The notes beneath the pieces were generated by a model. It ran no database searches. It was not told where the DNA came from and saw nothing but the letters and a program-made list of their open reading frames with translations. A stretch of 62,416 bases of DNA, counting the filler. It is 6 parts of 6 records of this genome, joined end to end, with 100 filler letters (N's around TTAATTAATTAA, not from the genome) between each part and the next. Parts side by side here need not be neighbours in the genome. Positions count along the whole stretch, not along the records: positions 35,396 to 46,948 come from SRR2962707_2369; positions 47,049 to 57,202 come from SRR2962707_2371; 4 more parts are not named here. One strand, 5' to 3'. The stretch's first letter is position 1, and every line of letters begins with the position of its first letter. Position numbers and translations under genes: made by a program. Shown one piece after another: positions 39,530 to 48,332 of this stretch.

Positions 39530-41845
39530 TCAGGTGAAGGTGTTGTTTCTGGGGAAGCCGCGTGGGGCCATGCGTCCGGTTCCAGCACGTTTTCCGATCC
39601 ATTCTGAGAGGTCTGTTTCGGTTCTTGTTCGTCCTGCGGGGTCGTGCCAGGAGAGGCCATCTGCCAAGGTGAAGGTGGTTGCATCCGAAAGTCCCCCATC
39701 TTTGTACTTTTGTAGACGAACACCTTTGCCCCGACCCATTTCAGGCAATTCATCCACTGAGAAGACAATCACCTTTCGGTTTTCACCAACCACTGCGACC
39801 GTGTCGCCGACAACGGTTTTGCAGATGAGTGCGCGGGTTTCGCCTCGCACGTTTAGGACCTGCTTGCCTGCCTTGGTTTGTGCGACGACATCCGCTTCGG
39901 GCACGATAAAACCGTCACCCGCTGTAGAGGCCACCAGCAGTTTTCTGTCGGGCTTGTGAATGAACAGGTCGACGATGGAAGCTTCGTTGGGCAGATCTAC
40001 CATCAAACGTACAGGTTCCCCCATGCCGCGACCGCCTGGTAAATTCGAGGCTGAAATAGTGTAGAACCGCCCGTTTGAACCGTAAATCAAAAGGCGATCC
40101 GTGGTTTCCGCATGGAAGATGAATCGTGGGGCGTCGCCGTCCTTGAACTTCAGTTCGCGATTCAGATCGATATGGCCGGTCATCGCCCGAATCCAACCCA
40201 TTTGGCTGCAAACGACGGTAATTGGCTCACGTTCGATCATGGCTTCGAGTGGAACTTCCTCGATCTGACCGGCTTCGGCAAATGTCGTACGGCGGGCCCC
40301 GAACTCATATCCTCTGCCGAAAGTCTTCTTCACTTCTTTCAGTTGTTCGGAAATGGCGGACCATTGCAGGTCCTCGCTGTCGAGCAAATCTTCCAGCCCG
40401 GCGCGTTCTTCCATCAAACGGTTCCGTTCGGCCTGAAGTTCGATTTCTTCAAGTCGACGCAAAGAGCGCAGCCGCATGTTGAGAATCGCTTCGGCTTGAA
40501 CATCTGTCAGGCCAAGCTCATCACCCTTTTTGCTCGGGACGGGGGAAACATAGTCCGCCTCAGTCATGGCCCGCGGATGATCCACGCCCCAGTTTTCCCG
40601 CATCAAAGCCGGTTTCGGATCTGTGTCGTAGCGGATGATATCGATGACCCGGTCAAGGTTCAAAAACGCAACGATCAAGCCTTCCAAGACTTCCAACCGG
40701 TGGTCGATTTTTTCCATCCGGTGTTGAGACCGCCGGATCAAAACTTCTCGTCTGAAATCCAAGAAGGCCCGCAGAACTTCCTTCATGGAACAGACTTTAG
40801 GGGTGAGCCCGTCAATCAGGACGTTCATGTTCAACGAAAACCGAATTTCCAGATCCGAGTTGCGGTAAAGCATGCTCATCAAGACGGCTGGATCGACATT
40901 CTTGCTGCGCGGTTCCAGCACGAGGCGAATATCATCGGCAGATTCATCCCGGACATCCGCAAAAATCGGTATCTTCTTGGTTTGAATCAGCTCGGCGAGC
41001 CGTTCCACCAACTTAGACTTTTGAACCTGATAGGGGATTTCTGTAACAATAATCTGCCACTGACCCCGCCCAAGATCTTCGACGATATATCTGCACCGCA
41101 GACGGAATGCGCCGCGCCCGGTACGATAAGCCTGTGCGATGCTTTCCTTGGGTTCGACAATAATGCCGCCTGTCGGAAAATCCGGGCCAGGAACGTAATT
41201 CAACAAAGTGTCGTCCGCAGCACCTGGTGTTTTGATCAGGTGTTGGCAGGCATCGATCAGTTCGGAAATATTATGGGGCGGGATATTGGTGGCCATCCCC
41301 ACCGCAATGCCGGACGATCCGTTCGCCAGCAGATTTGGGAATTTTGCCGGCAAGACGACGGGTTCGGACAGCGTCCCATCATAGTTCTCGCGAAAATCCA
41401 CCGAGTTTTCGTTGAGACCATCAAGCAAGGCTTCGGCGACAATCGTCAGGCGCGCCTCAGTATAACGTGATGCGGCCGGGTTATCGCCGTCGATATTCCC
41501 AAAGTTCCCTTGGCCATCGACCAACGGATAACGCACGTTGAAATCCTGAGCGAGACGCGCCATCGCATCATAAATCGCCGCGTCCCCATGCGGGTGGTAG
41601 TTGCCCATGACGTCGCCGGAAATCTTCGCAGATTTCCGAAAGCCGCCCGTCGCATTCAGACGCAATTCCCGCATGGCAAATAGGATTCGCCGGTGTACGG
41701 GTTTTAGCCCATCGCGCGCGTCGGGCAGGGCGCGGTGCATAATCGTGCTTAAGGCATACGTCAGGTAACGGTCGCCAATTGCGCGGCGCAACGGTTCGGA
41801 CACATCACGGGACGAAGAATTTGGGTCATCAATCAAGTCGTTCAT
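39530..41845 (-). CDS. parC: DNA topoisomerase IV subunit A
   Basis: [41 protein letters not shown]. Confidence 0.97.
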   Translation of the reverse strand: MNDLIDDPNSSSRDVSEPLRRAIGDRYLTYALSTIMHRALPDARDGLKPVHRRILFAMRELRLNATGGFRKSAKISGDVMGNYHPHGDAAIYDAMARLAQDFNVRYPLVDGQGNFGNIDGDNPAASRYTEARLTIVAEALLDGLNENSVDFRENYDGTLSEPVVLPAKFPNLLANGSSGIAVGMATNIPPHNISELIDACQHLIKTPGAADDTLLNYVPGPDFPTGGIIVEPKESIAQAYRTGRGAFRLRCRYIVEDLGRGQWQIIVTEIPYQVQKSKLVERLAELIQTKKIPIFADVRDESADDIRLVLEPRSKNVDPAVLMSMLYRNSDLEIRFSLNMNVLIDGLTPKVCSMKEVLRAFLDFRREVLIRRSQHRMEKIDHRLEVLEGLIVAFLNLDRVIDIIRYDTDPKPALMRENWGVDHPRAMTEADYVSPVPSKKGDELGLTDVQAEAILNMRLRSLRRLEEIELQAERNRLMEERAGLEDLLDSEDLQWSAISEQLKEVKKTFGRGYEFGARRTTFAEAGQIEEVPLEAMIEREPITVVCSQMGWIRAMTGHIDLNRELKFKDGDAPRFIFHAETTDRLLIYGSNGRFYTISASNLPGGRGMGEPVRLMVDLPNEASIVDLFIHKPDRKLLVASTAGDGFIVPEADVVAQTKAGKQVLNVRGETRALICKTVVGDTVAVVGENRKVIVFSVDELPEMGRGKGVRLQKYKDGGLSDATTFTLADGLSWHDPAGRTRTETDLSEWIGKRAGTGRMAPRGFPRNNTFT

Positions 41846-42023
41846 GCTCATCGTGATAGCGACAGCAATAGGCACCGTAAAGCGATTGAGGGGGAAAAAT
41901 AGTCAGGGTTCACCTTTAGAAGGGTCACTGCTTTCTGCTAAGTCACAACAAGTCCACAAAATTGCTGCGGTTTGACGACATGTTGCCTCATTTTTAGGTG
42001 GTTTATTGGTATAGGGAAGAGCA

Positions 42024-42629
42024 ATGATACGCTTAATTTTAATCACTTTTGCTTTCTTGGGCTTCGCTTTTTATGAAATGAGCGGTGGCTCTGAATTTGA
42101 AGCCAAGCGTGAAGCGCAACGACAAGAAGCTTTGCTGGCCGCAAAGGCAGAATCGGACGCAATTGAGGTGACCCGTGCCGATACGTCCGCCTTTGATTTG
42201 AATGCCCTTACGGAAGCGACAAGCCCTGTTTTGACGCCCGTATCTTTTGAGACGACGGCTGCTCAATCCCTAAAAGAGCCGCTTACAACATCGGAACCAG
42301 CTGTCGAACTGGCGGTCGCAGCATCAACAGAAGTGCAGTCTGAAGAGATCAAACCTGCGCCTGAGATCGCGACCCTTGCACAGGATGCCACTGGCGAAGC
42401 TGCGGTTGTGGACGCTGAGCCCGTGGAAGACATCCGTTATATCTCGGGAAACCGAGTGAATATGCGTTCCGGTCCCGGGACAAAATACTCTGTCCTTACA
42501 AAGCTTAAAGCCGGAGATGCTGTTGTCGTCCTGCAAGAGCCGGGCAACGGTTGGATAAAGCTGCGGACGGTAGAAAAACGCCGTATCGGTTGGATGGCTG
42601 ATTTTCTTGTAACAGCGCAGGTCAACTAG
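42024..42629 (+). CDS. Bacterial SH3 domain protein
   Basis: GFAFYEMSGG N-terminus, C-terminal VNMRSGPGTKY...GW...GWMA. Confidence 0.85.
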   Translation: MIRLILITFAFLGFAFYEMSGGSEFEAKREAQRQEALLAAKAESDAIEVTRADTSAFDLNALTEATSPVLTPVSFETTAAQSLKEPLTTSEPAVELAVAASTEVQSEEIKPAPEIATLAQDATGEAAVVDAEPVEDIRYISGNRVNMRSGPGTKYSVLTKLKAGDAVVVLQEPGNGWIKLRTVEKRRIGWMADFLVTAQVN

Positions 42630-42686
42630 TCTGTTCAGTTGACTTTGACCCCTTGTACTTTTGAAGCGTGTCGCTAACACCGGCGT

Positions 42687-43520
42687 ATGACTGATCAACC
42701 CTCCATACTTATTACAGGCTGTTCTTCTGGCATTGGTTTAGATGCGGCACATGGTCTGCGGGCCCGTGGGTGGCGCGTCTTTGCGACGTGCCGTCAAGAG
42801 GCAGATTGTGAACGGCTTCGCGCGGCTGGTTTTGCCAGTATGAGACTGGATTATGCTGATACGTCGTCGATTGACGGCGCGCTTGAAGAGGTTTTGGCGC
42901 AAACCGGTGGTCAGCTGGATGCGGTGTACAACAACGGGGCTTTTTCGATTCCCGGTGCCGTTGAGGATCTGCCGACGGATGCATTGCGAAGTATTTTTGA
43001 AGCGAATTTTTTTGGGTGGCACCATCTGACTCGCGCCGTTATTCCGATAATGCGGCAACAAGGTCATGGTCGAATCGTCAATTGTTCGTCGGTTTTGGGG
43101 TTGGTACCCTATGCTTGGCGGGGGGCTTATGTCGCGAGCAAGTTCGCGCTGGAAGGGCTGACAGATACGCTGCGGATCGAGATGCGTGATACGCCTTTGC
43201 ATATTGTCACCCTTGAACCTGGTCCAATCACTTCGAATTTTCGCAAGAACGCTGTTCCGCAATTTGAGCGTTGGATCAACTGGCGCACATCGCATCGGGC
43301 CGATCAATATGAGGATCGATTGCTAACACGTTTGTACAGTGATCGAGGGCCGGACCGGTATGAGTTGCCGGCCGCCGCTGTCACCAAAAAGCTGATACAC
43401 GCTTTGGAGCATCCAACCCCCAAGGCGCGTTACTATGTCACGACACCGACATATGTGATGGGCGCCGCGCGACGTGTATTGCCTACACGCTGGCTTGACT
43501 GGTTGATTGCAAAAGGCTGA
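42687..43520 (+). CDS. SDR family oxidoreductase
   Basis: ITGCSSGIG, NNGA, YVASKFALEG. Confidence 0.94.
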   Translation: MTDQPSILITGCSSGIGLDAAHGLRARGWRVFATCRQEADCERLRAAGFASMRLDYADTSSIDGALEEVLAQTGGQLDAVYNNGAFSIPGAVEDLPTDALRSIFEANFFGWHHLTRAVIPIMRQQGHGRIVNCSSVLGLVPYAWRGAYVASKFALEGLTDTLRIEMRDTPLHIVTLEPGPITSNFRKNAVPQFERWINWRTSHRADQYEDRLLTRLYSDRGPDRYELPAAAVTKKLIHALEHPTPKARYYVTTPTYVMGAARRVLPTRWLDWLIAKG

Positions 43521-43589
43521 CATTCTGTTTCGCTTTTTCGATTTGCTCCGCTACATCAAGCCTAACGCGCTAAAACGTGAGGGAGTCAC

Positions 43590-43793
43590 ATGGCTAACGA
43601 TCCACTGTTCATTGTCATCATTGTTGTGATGCTTGGGGTTGTCGGGGTTCTTTTCTTCGGCATCGGAAGTTTCGCCAAGGGTGGCGAGTTCAACAAGAAA
43701 TACGCCAACAAGGCGATGCGCTGGCGTATCGGCGCGCAATTTGTGGCGGTGATGTTGATCTTATTGTTTGTCTGGTTGCGTAGCGGGAGCTAA
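43590..43793 (+). CDS. Twin-transmembrane-helix small protein (HIG1-like)
   Basis: Two TM helices around NKKYANKAMRWRIGAQ. Confidence 0.88.
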   Translation: MANDPLFIVIIVVMLGVVGVLFFGIGSFAKGGEFNKKYANKAMRWRIGAQFVAVMLILLFVWLRSGS

Positions 43794-43796
43794 TCG

Positions 43797-44369
43797 ATGG
43801 TTGTTCTAAGCAAGATTTATACGCGAACGGGCGACGGCGGCGATACGGCGCTGGGCGACGGGACGCGTGTGCAAAAACACTCGGCCCGTGTGACGGCCTA
43901 TGGCACGTCGGATGAGTTAAATGCGGTGGTTGGTTTGGCGCGACTGCAGGCCGAAGGCAAGATGGATGATCAGCTTGCGTGTATTCAAAACGATCTTTTT
44001 GACCTTGGTGCGGATCTGTGTCGGCCTGACATGCAAAAGGATGCGCAAGCCGAGTATCCCGTGCTGCGGATGATCGAAACGCAAGTCGACCGGTTAGAAG
44101 CGGAGATTGACGCGATGAACACGCGTTTGGAGCCGTTGCGGAGCTTTATCCTACCTGGCGGCTCGGCGCTTTCTGCCTATTTGCACCAATGTCGAACTGT
44201 CGCGCGACGGGCTGAACGTCTGGTTGTGGAACTGTCTGAAATTGAGCAAGTGAACCCTTCCGCTGTGAAATACCTCAACAGGCTCAGCGATTGGTTTTTT
44301 GTCGCGGCGCGCATTGCCAATGACGATGGCAAGGCGGATGTGCTTTGGGTGCCGGGCGCAACGCGTTAA
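43797..44369 (+). CDS. PduO-type ATP:cob(I)alamin adenosyltransferase
   Basis: KIYTRTGD, YGTSDELN, QNDLFDLGADL, FILPGG, RRAER, YLNRLSD. Confidence 0.95.
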   Translation: MVVLSKIYTRTGDGGDTALGDGTRVQKHSARVTAYGTSDELNAVVGLARLQAEGKMDDQLACIQNDLFDLGADLCRPDMQKDAQAEYPVLRMIETQVDRLEAEIDAMNTRLEPLRSFILPGGSALSAYLHQCRTVARRAERLVVELSEIEQVNPSAVKYLNRLSDWFFVAARIANDDGKADVLWVPGATR

Positions 44370-44381
44370 ACGTGATCCAAA

Positions 44382-44438
44382 TGAGCCCGCGCCGCGGCGC
44401 GGGCTCAGGTTGTCTCGGCGTTGGCTTAGACCAACGCC
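44382..44438. terminator. Two hairpins between the convergent adenosyltransferase and P450 genes
   Basis: Perfect 26-bp palindrome TGAGCCCGCGCCG|CGGCGCGGGCTCA (44382-44407) and GGCGTTGG-CTTAGA-CCAACGCC (44417-44438); no clear U-tract. Confidence 0.55.
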
Positions 44439-44444
44439 TCGGGT

Positions 44445-45812
44445 TTATGGCGTCGCGCTCAAGGGCTCGGCCTGAAGCCAGACTCCCCCATTTGGACGGA
44501 GAGTCAAAATCATAACGGGTTCCGGATTTTTGCCCGGGATTTGTGAAAAACGGAACCGTGATAATAGTGTGGCCAAGATGATCACGGCTTCTTGCAGCGC
44601 GAAGCTGGCACCGATGCAAATACGCGGGCCGTCACCAAACGGCAGATAGCTGTAGCGGTCGGGTTTGCCTTTGGCCCATCGATCCGGGCGAAAGGCGTCC
44701 GGGTCGTCCCAGAGGTCCTTATGCCGGTGTAACGCGTAAATCGGAATCATGACCGTGTCGCCCCGACGGACGTCGCGCCCACATAAAGTGTCGGCTGATT
44801 GCGCCGTTCGGGACACAAGCGCGGCGGGTGGATAAAGCCGCAGGGCTTCATCAATGATGGCGCGGATGAACGGCAATTGCGCAACGTCGTCGGCTGTCGC
44901 AGTCCGGCCTTGCAACACAGATTGCGCCTCTTGTCTGGCACGGGTCTGCACGTCTTGATCAAAGGCACACAGATATAGGGACCATGCCAGCGTCAGGGCA
45001 GTGGTCTCGTGCCCGGCAACAATGAAAGTCAAAAGGTTATCGCGCAGCTCAGCAGTGTTCATGCGCCGTTTGGTTTCCGGATCCTCGCCCGCAAGCAGAA
45101 GATCCAGCAGATCTGGTACACCTTCTGAAGGGCGAGAGGCACGCGCTTCAATTGCTTGGTCCGCCACGGACTTCATCTCACGCAGGGCTTTTCCGGAAAT
45201 CAACCGACCGAGGCGCGGCACCCAATCAGGAAATCCCATCATGTCGAAAAAGGAGATCTTGCCGGCCTCTGCGATATAGGCATCAATTGCATGGTGGACG
45301 GAGTCCCGGTCAAAGCCCTGATCCCCTGAAAACGTGACATCTGAAATCACGTCAAAGGTGGTCGTGACCATTTCATCCAGCATGTCCACACCATGGTGAT
45401 TTTTGGCCGAGATGCGCGCGCAAGCCCGATCTGCTGCGGCAGACATCAAGGGGGCGAGGTTCATCATATTACGATGCGAAAACACAGGGGCGGCCGCGCG
45501 CCTTTGCCACCGCCAATGCGCCCCTTCGGCGACAAAAAGGGATTCTCCGATCGCGGGTCTTAACAGGTTCTTCGTTACGTTCGACTTCGGATAATTATCC
45601 AGGTTTTCCAGTAGCATCTGTCTCAGGGCCGTTGGGTCCATCACCATGTGCCAACGCGCGCCCGTTTTGCCAGAGACCATCGGTTGCGTTGTGGCAATTT
45701 GCGGCAAGATGGATAGAACATTCCGGCGAACGGCCTTCAGGCTGCCCCAAAGCCCCATAGGGCGGGTAGCCAGTTCGACATGGACGGGAAGAGGTACAGT
45801 TGAGGGCGGCAT
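44445..45812 (-). CDS. Cytochrome P450
   Basis: AGHETT, EALRLYPP, FRPDRW, PFGDGPRICIG heme motif; start is one of the ATGs at 45812-45827. Confidence 0.96.
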   Translation of the reverse strand: MPPSTVPLPVHVELATRPMGLWGSLKAVRRNVLSILPQIATTQPMVSGKTGARWHMVMDPTALRQMLLENLDNYPKSNVTKNLLRPAIGESLFVAEGAHWRWQRRAAAPVFSHRNMMNLAPLMSAAADRACARISAKNHHGVDMLDEMVTTTFDVISDVTFSGDQGFDRDSVHHAIDAYIAEAGKISFFDMMGFPDWVPRLGRLISGKALREMKSVADQAIEARASRPSEGVPDLLDLLLAGEDPETKRRMNTAELRDNLLTFIVAGHETTALTLAWSLYLCAFDQDVQTRARQEAQSVLQGRTATADDVAQLPFIRAIIDEALRLYPPAALVSRTAQSADTLCGRDVRRGDTVMIPIYALHRHKDLWDDPDAFRPDRWAKGKPDRYSYLPFGDGPRICIGASFALQEAVIILATLLSRFRFSQIPGKNPEPVMILTLRPNGGVWLQAEPLSATP

Positions 45813-45940
45813 GAGCATTCCGATCATTTCAACGCTTTCACACAAAAGATAGAGCGCTGCGACCGGGTTGCCAATGCGGCGTGCATTGCACCCCGGACGG
45901 GGCTGGGGTATCCCATAAAGAAGACAGGAAAGGTACATTC

Positions 45941-46609
45941 ATGATCCGACCGCTGCTGATGATCGTTCTGCTGTTAGGCTTGGCTGCTTGCTCGTCTGAT
46001 GGCGCGTCTGAATTGAAGGAACCTTTTGAGCCACTTGGCAATTTTAAGTTGGGCCACGCTGCTGTTGTTGCGCCCAACCTTGTAAAGGGCCCTCTGTCGA
46101 GGGACGCCACCGCTGAGGAATGGACAGAAGCCGTCGATGCGGCTTTGGAAGAACGTTTCAGACGCTACGAGGGTGAGAAATTCTATCATCTGGGCATTAG
46201 TGTTGAGGCCTATGTATTGGCGCAGCCCGGCATTCCCTTGGTGTTGTCCCCCAAGTCTGTCTTGCTCATCCGCGTGACCGCCTGGGATGACGCCGAAGGC
46301 AAGAAATTGAACGAAGAGACCGAGCTGATCACGGTACTGGAGCAATTATCTGGTGAAACCGTTTTGGGGTCGGGCCTGACACAGTCCAAGAAACAACAGA
46401 TTCGCAATCTGTCGGCCAATGCTGCTTTGTTGATTGAGCGTTGGATGCGAGAGAAACAGGAGTCTGATGGCTGGTTTGGTGGAATGGAAGCCAATGAGAT
46501 TTACAAGGCCGCTGAGAAAGAAACCGCTGAGATAGAAGCTGAGATCACCACCGCAGAAGCTGTCGAGGATGTAGCCCCTGTTGTCGAAGGTGAAACGCCG
46601 ACCGAATGA
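45941..46609 (+). CDS. Lipoprotein of unknown function
   Basis: AGGAAAGG RBS, lipobox LAAC, GIPLVLSPKS motif. Confidence 0.8.
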   Translation: MIRPLLMIVLLLGLAACSSDGASELKEPFEPLGNFKLGHAAVVAPNLVKGPLSRDATAEEWTEAVDAALEERFRRYEGEKFYHLGISVEAYVLAQPGIPLVLSPKSVLLIRVTAWDDAEGKKLNEETELITVLEQLSGETVLGSGLTQSKKQQIRNLSANAALLIERWMREKQESDGWFGGMEANEIYKAAEKETAEIEAEITTAEAVEDVAPVVEGETPTE

Positions 46610-46918
46610 GGCTGGTGCTTTGGCAAGGACCCAACGACAGCGTTGTTCAGTTGGGTTAACTAAGCTCAGGCCAAAACGGCCTTTTAAGAAGCTGGTCTTT
46701 TCAGAATAATTGTAAGAGCAAGTAAGGCGATCTAGCAGGTGCAAAGGCCGCCCCTGCGGGGGCGCTTGAACCTGGCTCTGTGACAGCAATGTAAAAGCCG
46801 CGGCGGAAATTCCCGCAATTGCATCTGACGCTTGATTTTCATCTCTCAAGCCAATAAATGGCCCGCGATGAGAACCGGGTCTTGTCTGACCCCCCAATAT
46901 CGCGAGGCCCTTAGTAAG

Positions 46919-46948
46919 ATGGGTAAGGAAAAGTTTGAGCGCGGCAAA
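46919..46948 (+). CDS. tuf: Elongation factor Tu, first 10 codons (cut by contig end)
   Basis: ATG GGT AAG GAA AAG TTT GAG CGC GGC AAA = MGKEKFERGK, matching the EF-Tu N-terminus; assemblies often break at duplicated tuf genes. Confidence 0.72.
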
Positions 46949-47048
46949 NNNNNNNNNNNNNNNNNNNNNNNNNNNNNNNNNNNNNNNNNNNNTTAATTAA
47001 TTAANNNNNNNNNNNNNNNNNNNNNNNNNNNNNNNNNNNNNNNNNNNN
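46949..47048. other. Artificial contig spacer
   Basis: N44-TTAATTAATTAA-N44. Confidence 0.99.
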
Positions 47049-47121
47049 GCGCGGCGCTGAGGTCGACGAGGATGGTCCGAGGCGACTAAGGGCCAGTGCT
47101 GTGCTCTCTTGCCCCAAAAAG

Positions 47122-47196
47122 TGGAGGGCCAGCCTGGACTTGAACCAGGATACCGACACTTGCACGCGTCGTGCGTATTCTTTCCGCCACCGGCCC
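47122..47196 (-). tRNA. Atypical tRNA-Cys(GCA)-like gene with an 8-nt anticodon loop
   Basis: Folds as GGGCCGG TG GCG GAAAGAATA CGC A CGACG CGTGCAAG TGTCG GTAT CCTGG TTCAAGT CCAGG CTGGCCC T CCA: 7-bp acceptor stem, intact T-arm, U73 discriminator, encoded CCA. Confidence 0.8.
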
Positions 47197-47320
47197 CTCG
47201 GCCAGACCATTGCGGCTGACCGCATCAAATTCAAGCCTAGGGGTGGCAGTCTGGTTAATGCTGGCCATTGCATCGCACCTGTCGCCACAACGGTTTTTCG
47301 CAAGTGGTCCAGAGAAAGCT

Positions 47321-47455
47321 AGCAACGCCTCGAACTTACAATTGCAGGGTCTCTATCTGGCTGTAGCTGCCATCAACAACGCGCTGGTGTCAACAGGCGT
47401 TCTGTCGCGTGAGAACGTCGATACGGCCCTGCGGCGTTCGGAGGAGGCTGAGTGA
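47321..47455 (+). pseudogene. Probable remnant of a small helical hypothetical protein
   Basis: NASNLQLQGLYLAVAAINNALVSTGVLSRENVDTALRRSEEAE looks protein-like, but AGC sits where a start codon is expected and the frame stops early. Confidence 0.4.
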
Positions 47456-47552
47456 GTCCATCTTCTAGACCGATCCCATCAGATCGATGCTCACGCCGTT
47501 GATGAATTCACCGAGTGACGGGCGCTCAGTCATAGCGGCCCATAAAAAGTCG

Positions 47553-48332
47553 CTAAAGTGCGCCAATTATTTCATGCACCGAGTCTCTGAGTTCTTCTCG
47601 TAGTGCGAAGATGTAGGCACCGCGGCTGGCCGTATCGTTCGGGTCGAGGCCGGTGCGGACGGCGAGGTCAACAGCTGCCACCGCCTGACCATTCTCCACC
47701 ATCAGGGAGAAAAGGCTCAACCGCGCTTGGGGAGGCGGTTTTGGCGATGTTTCAACCACCTGGGTCAGGAGCCTGATCGCGGCTTCCGCGTCTCCCTCAG
47801 CGGCTGTGATATAGGCCAGCCGCTCCACATGGGTGAGATTGGCCAGGCCAAGGTCGATGCCGCGCTGGAGAAATTCACCCTCGCGCCTTGTATTGCCCCG
47901 CCCCTGCATGGCGCCGACGAGGAAGGTGAAGCCTTGCAGCGTCGGCGTGTGGTCAAATTCAGCTTCGGCCCAGTCAACGCGTTCTTCGAATGTCCCCAAT
48001 GCATCAACGATTTCGGTCTTGTACTCGCGCGGCCAGTCCGATTCAGCCCACGTGGTGAGTGCGTCGCCGACGAGCGGACCGAACGTGTCCACTTTGCCCA
48101 GCTGGATATTGACTTCGATGGCATCGGCCCACCCGCGCTCAGTGCGCATAGCACGTTCCGCTTCCCTATCCAGGAGGGCCTTGGCTTCCCGATATTGCCG
48201 GTCAGCGAGCATTTGTTGCAATCGCTGCTCCGGCCCGGAGGGCAGGAAAAACACCGCGATCACCACTATGACAATGGCGACAACGCCATAGATTAACGGC
48301 AGACGACGCTCGAATGACTCATCCCATGTCAT
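47553..48332 (-). CDS. Membrane-anchored TPR-like protein, short PelB-like product
   Basis: N-terminal TM helix then TPR-like helices; ATGA overlap with the pelA-like gene; no beta-barrel. Confidence 0.55.
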   Translation of the reverse strand: MTWDESFERRLPLIYGVVAIVIVVIAVFFLPSGPEQRLQQMLADRQYREAKALLDREAERAMRTERGWADAIEVNIQLGKVDTFGPLVGDALTTWAESDWPREYKTEIVDALGTFEERVDWAEAEFDHTPTLQGFTFLVGAMQGRGNTRREGEFLQRGIDLGLANLTHVERLAYITAAEGDAEAAIRLLTQVVETSPKPPPQARLSLFSLMVENGQAVAAVDLAVRTGLDPNDTASRGAYIFALREELRDSVHEIIGAL

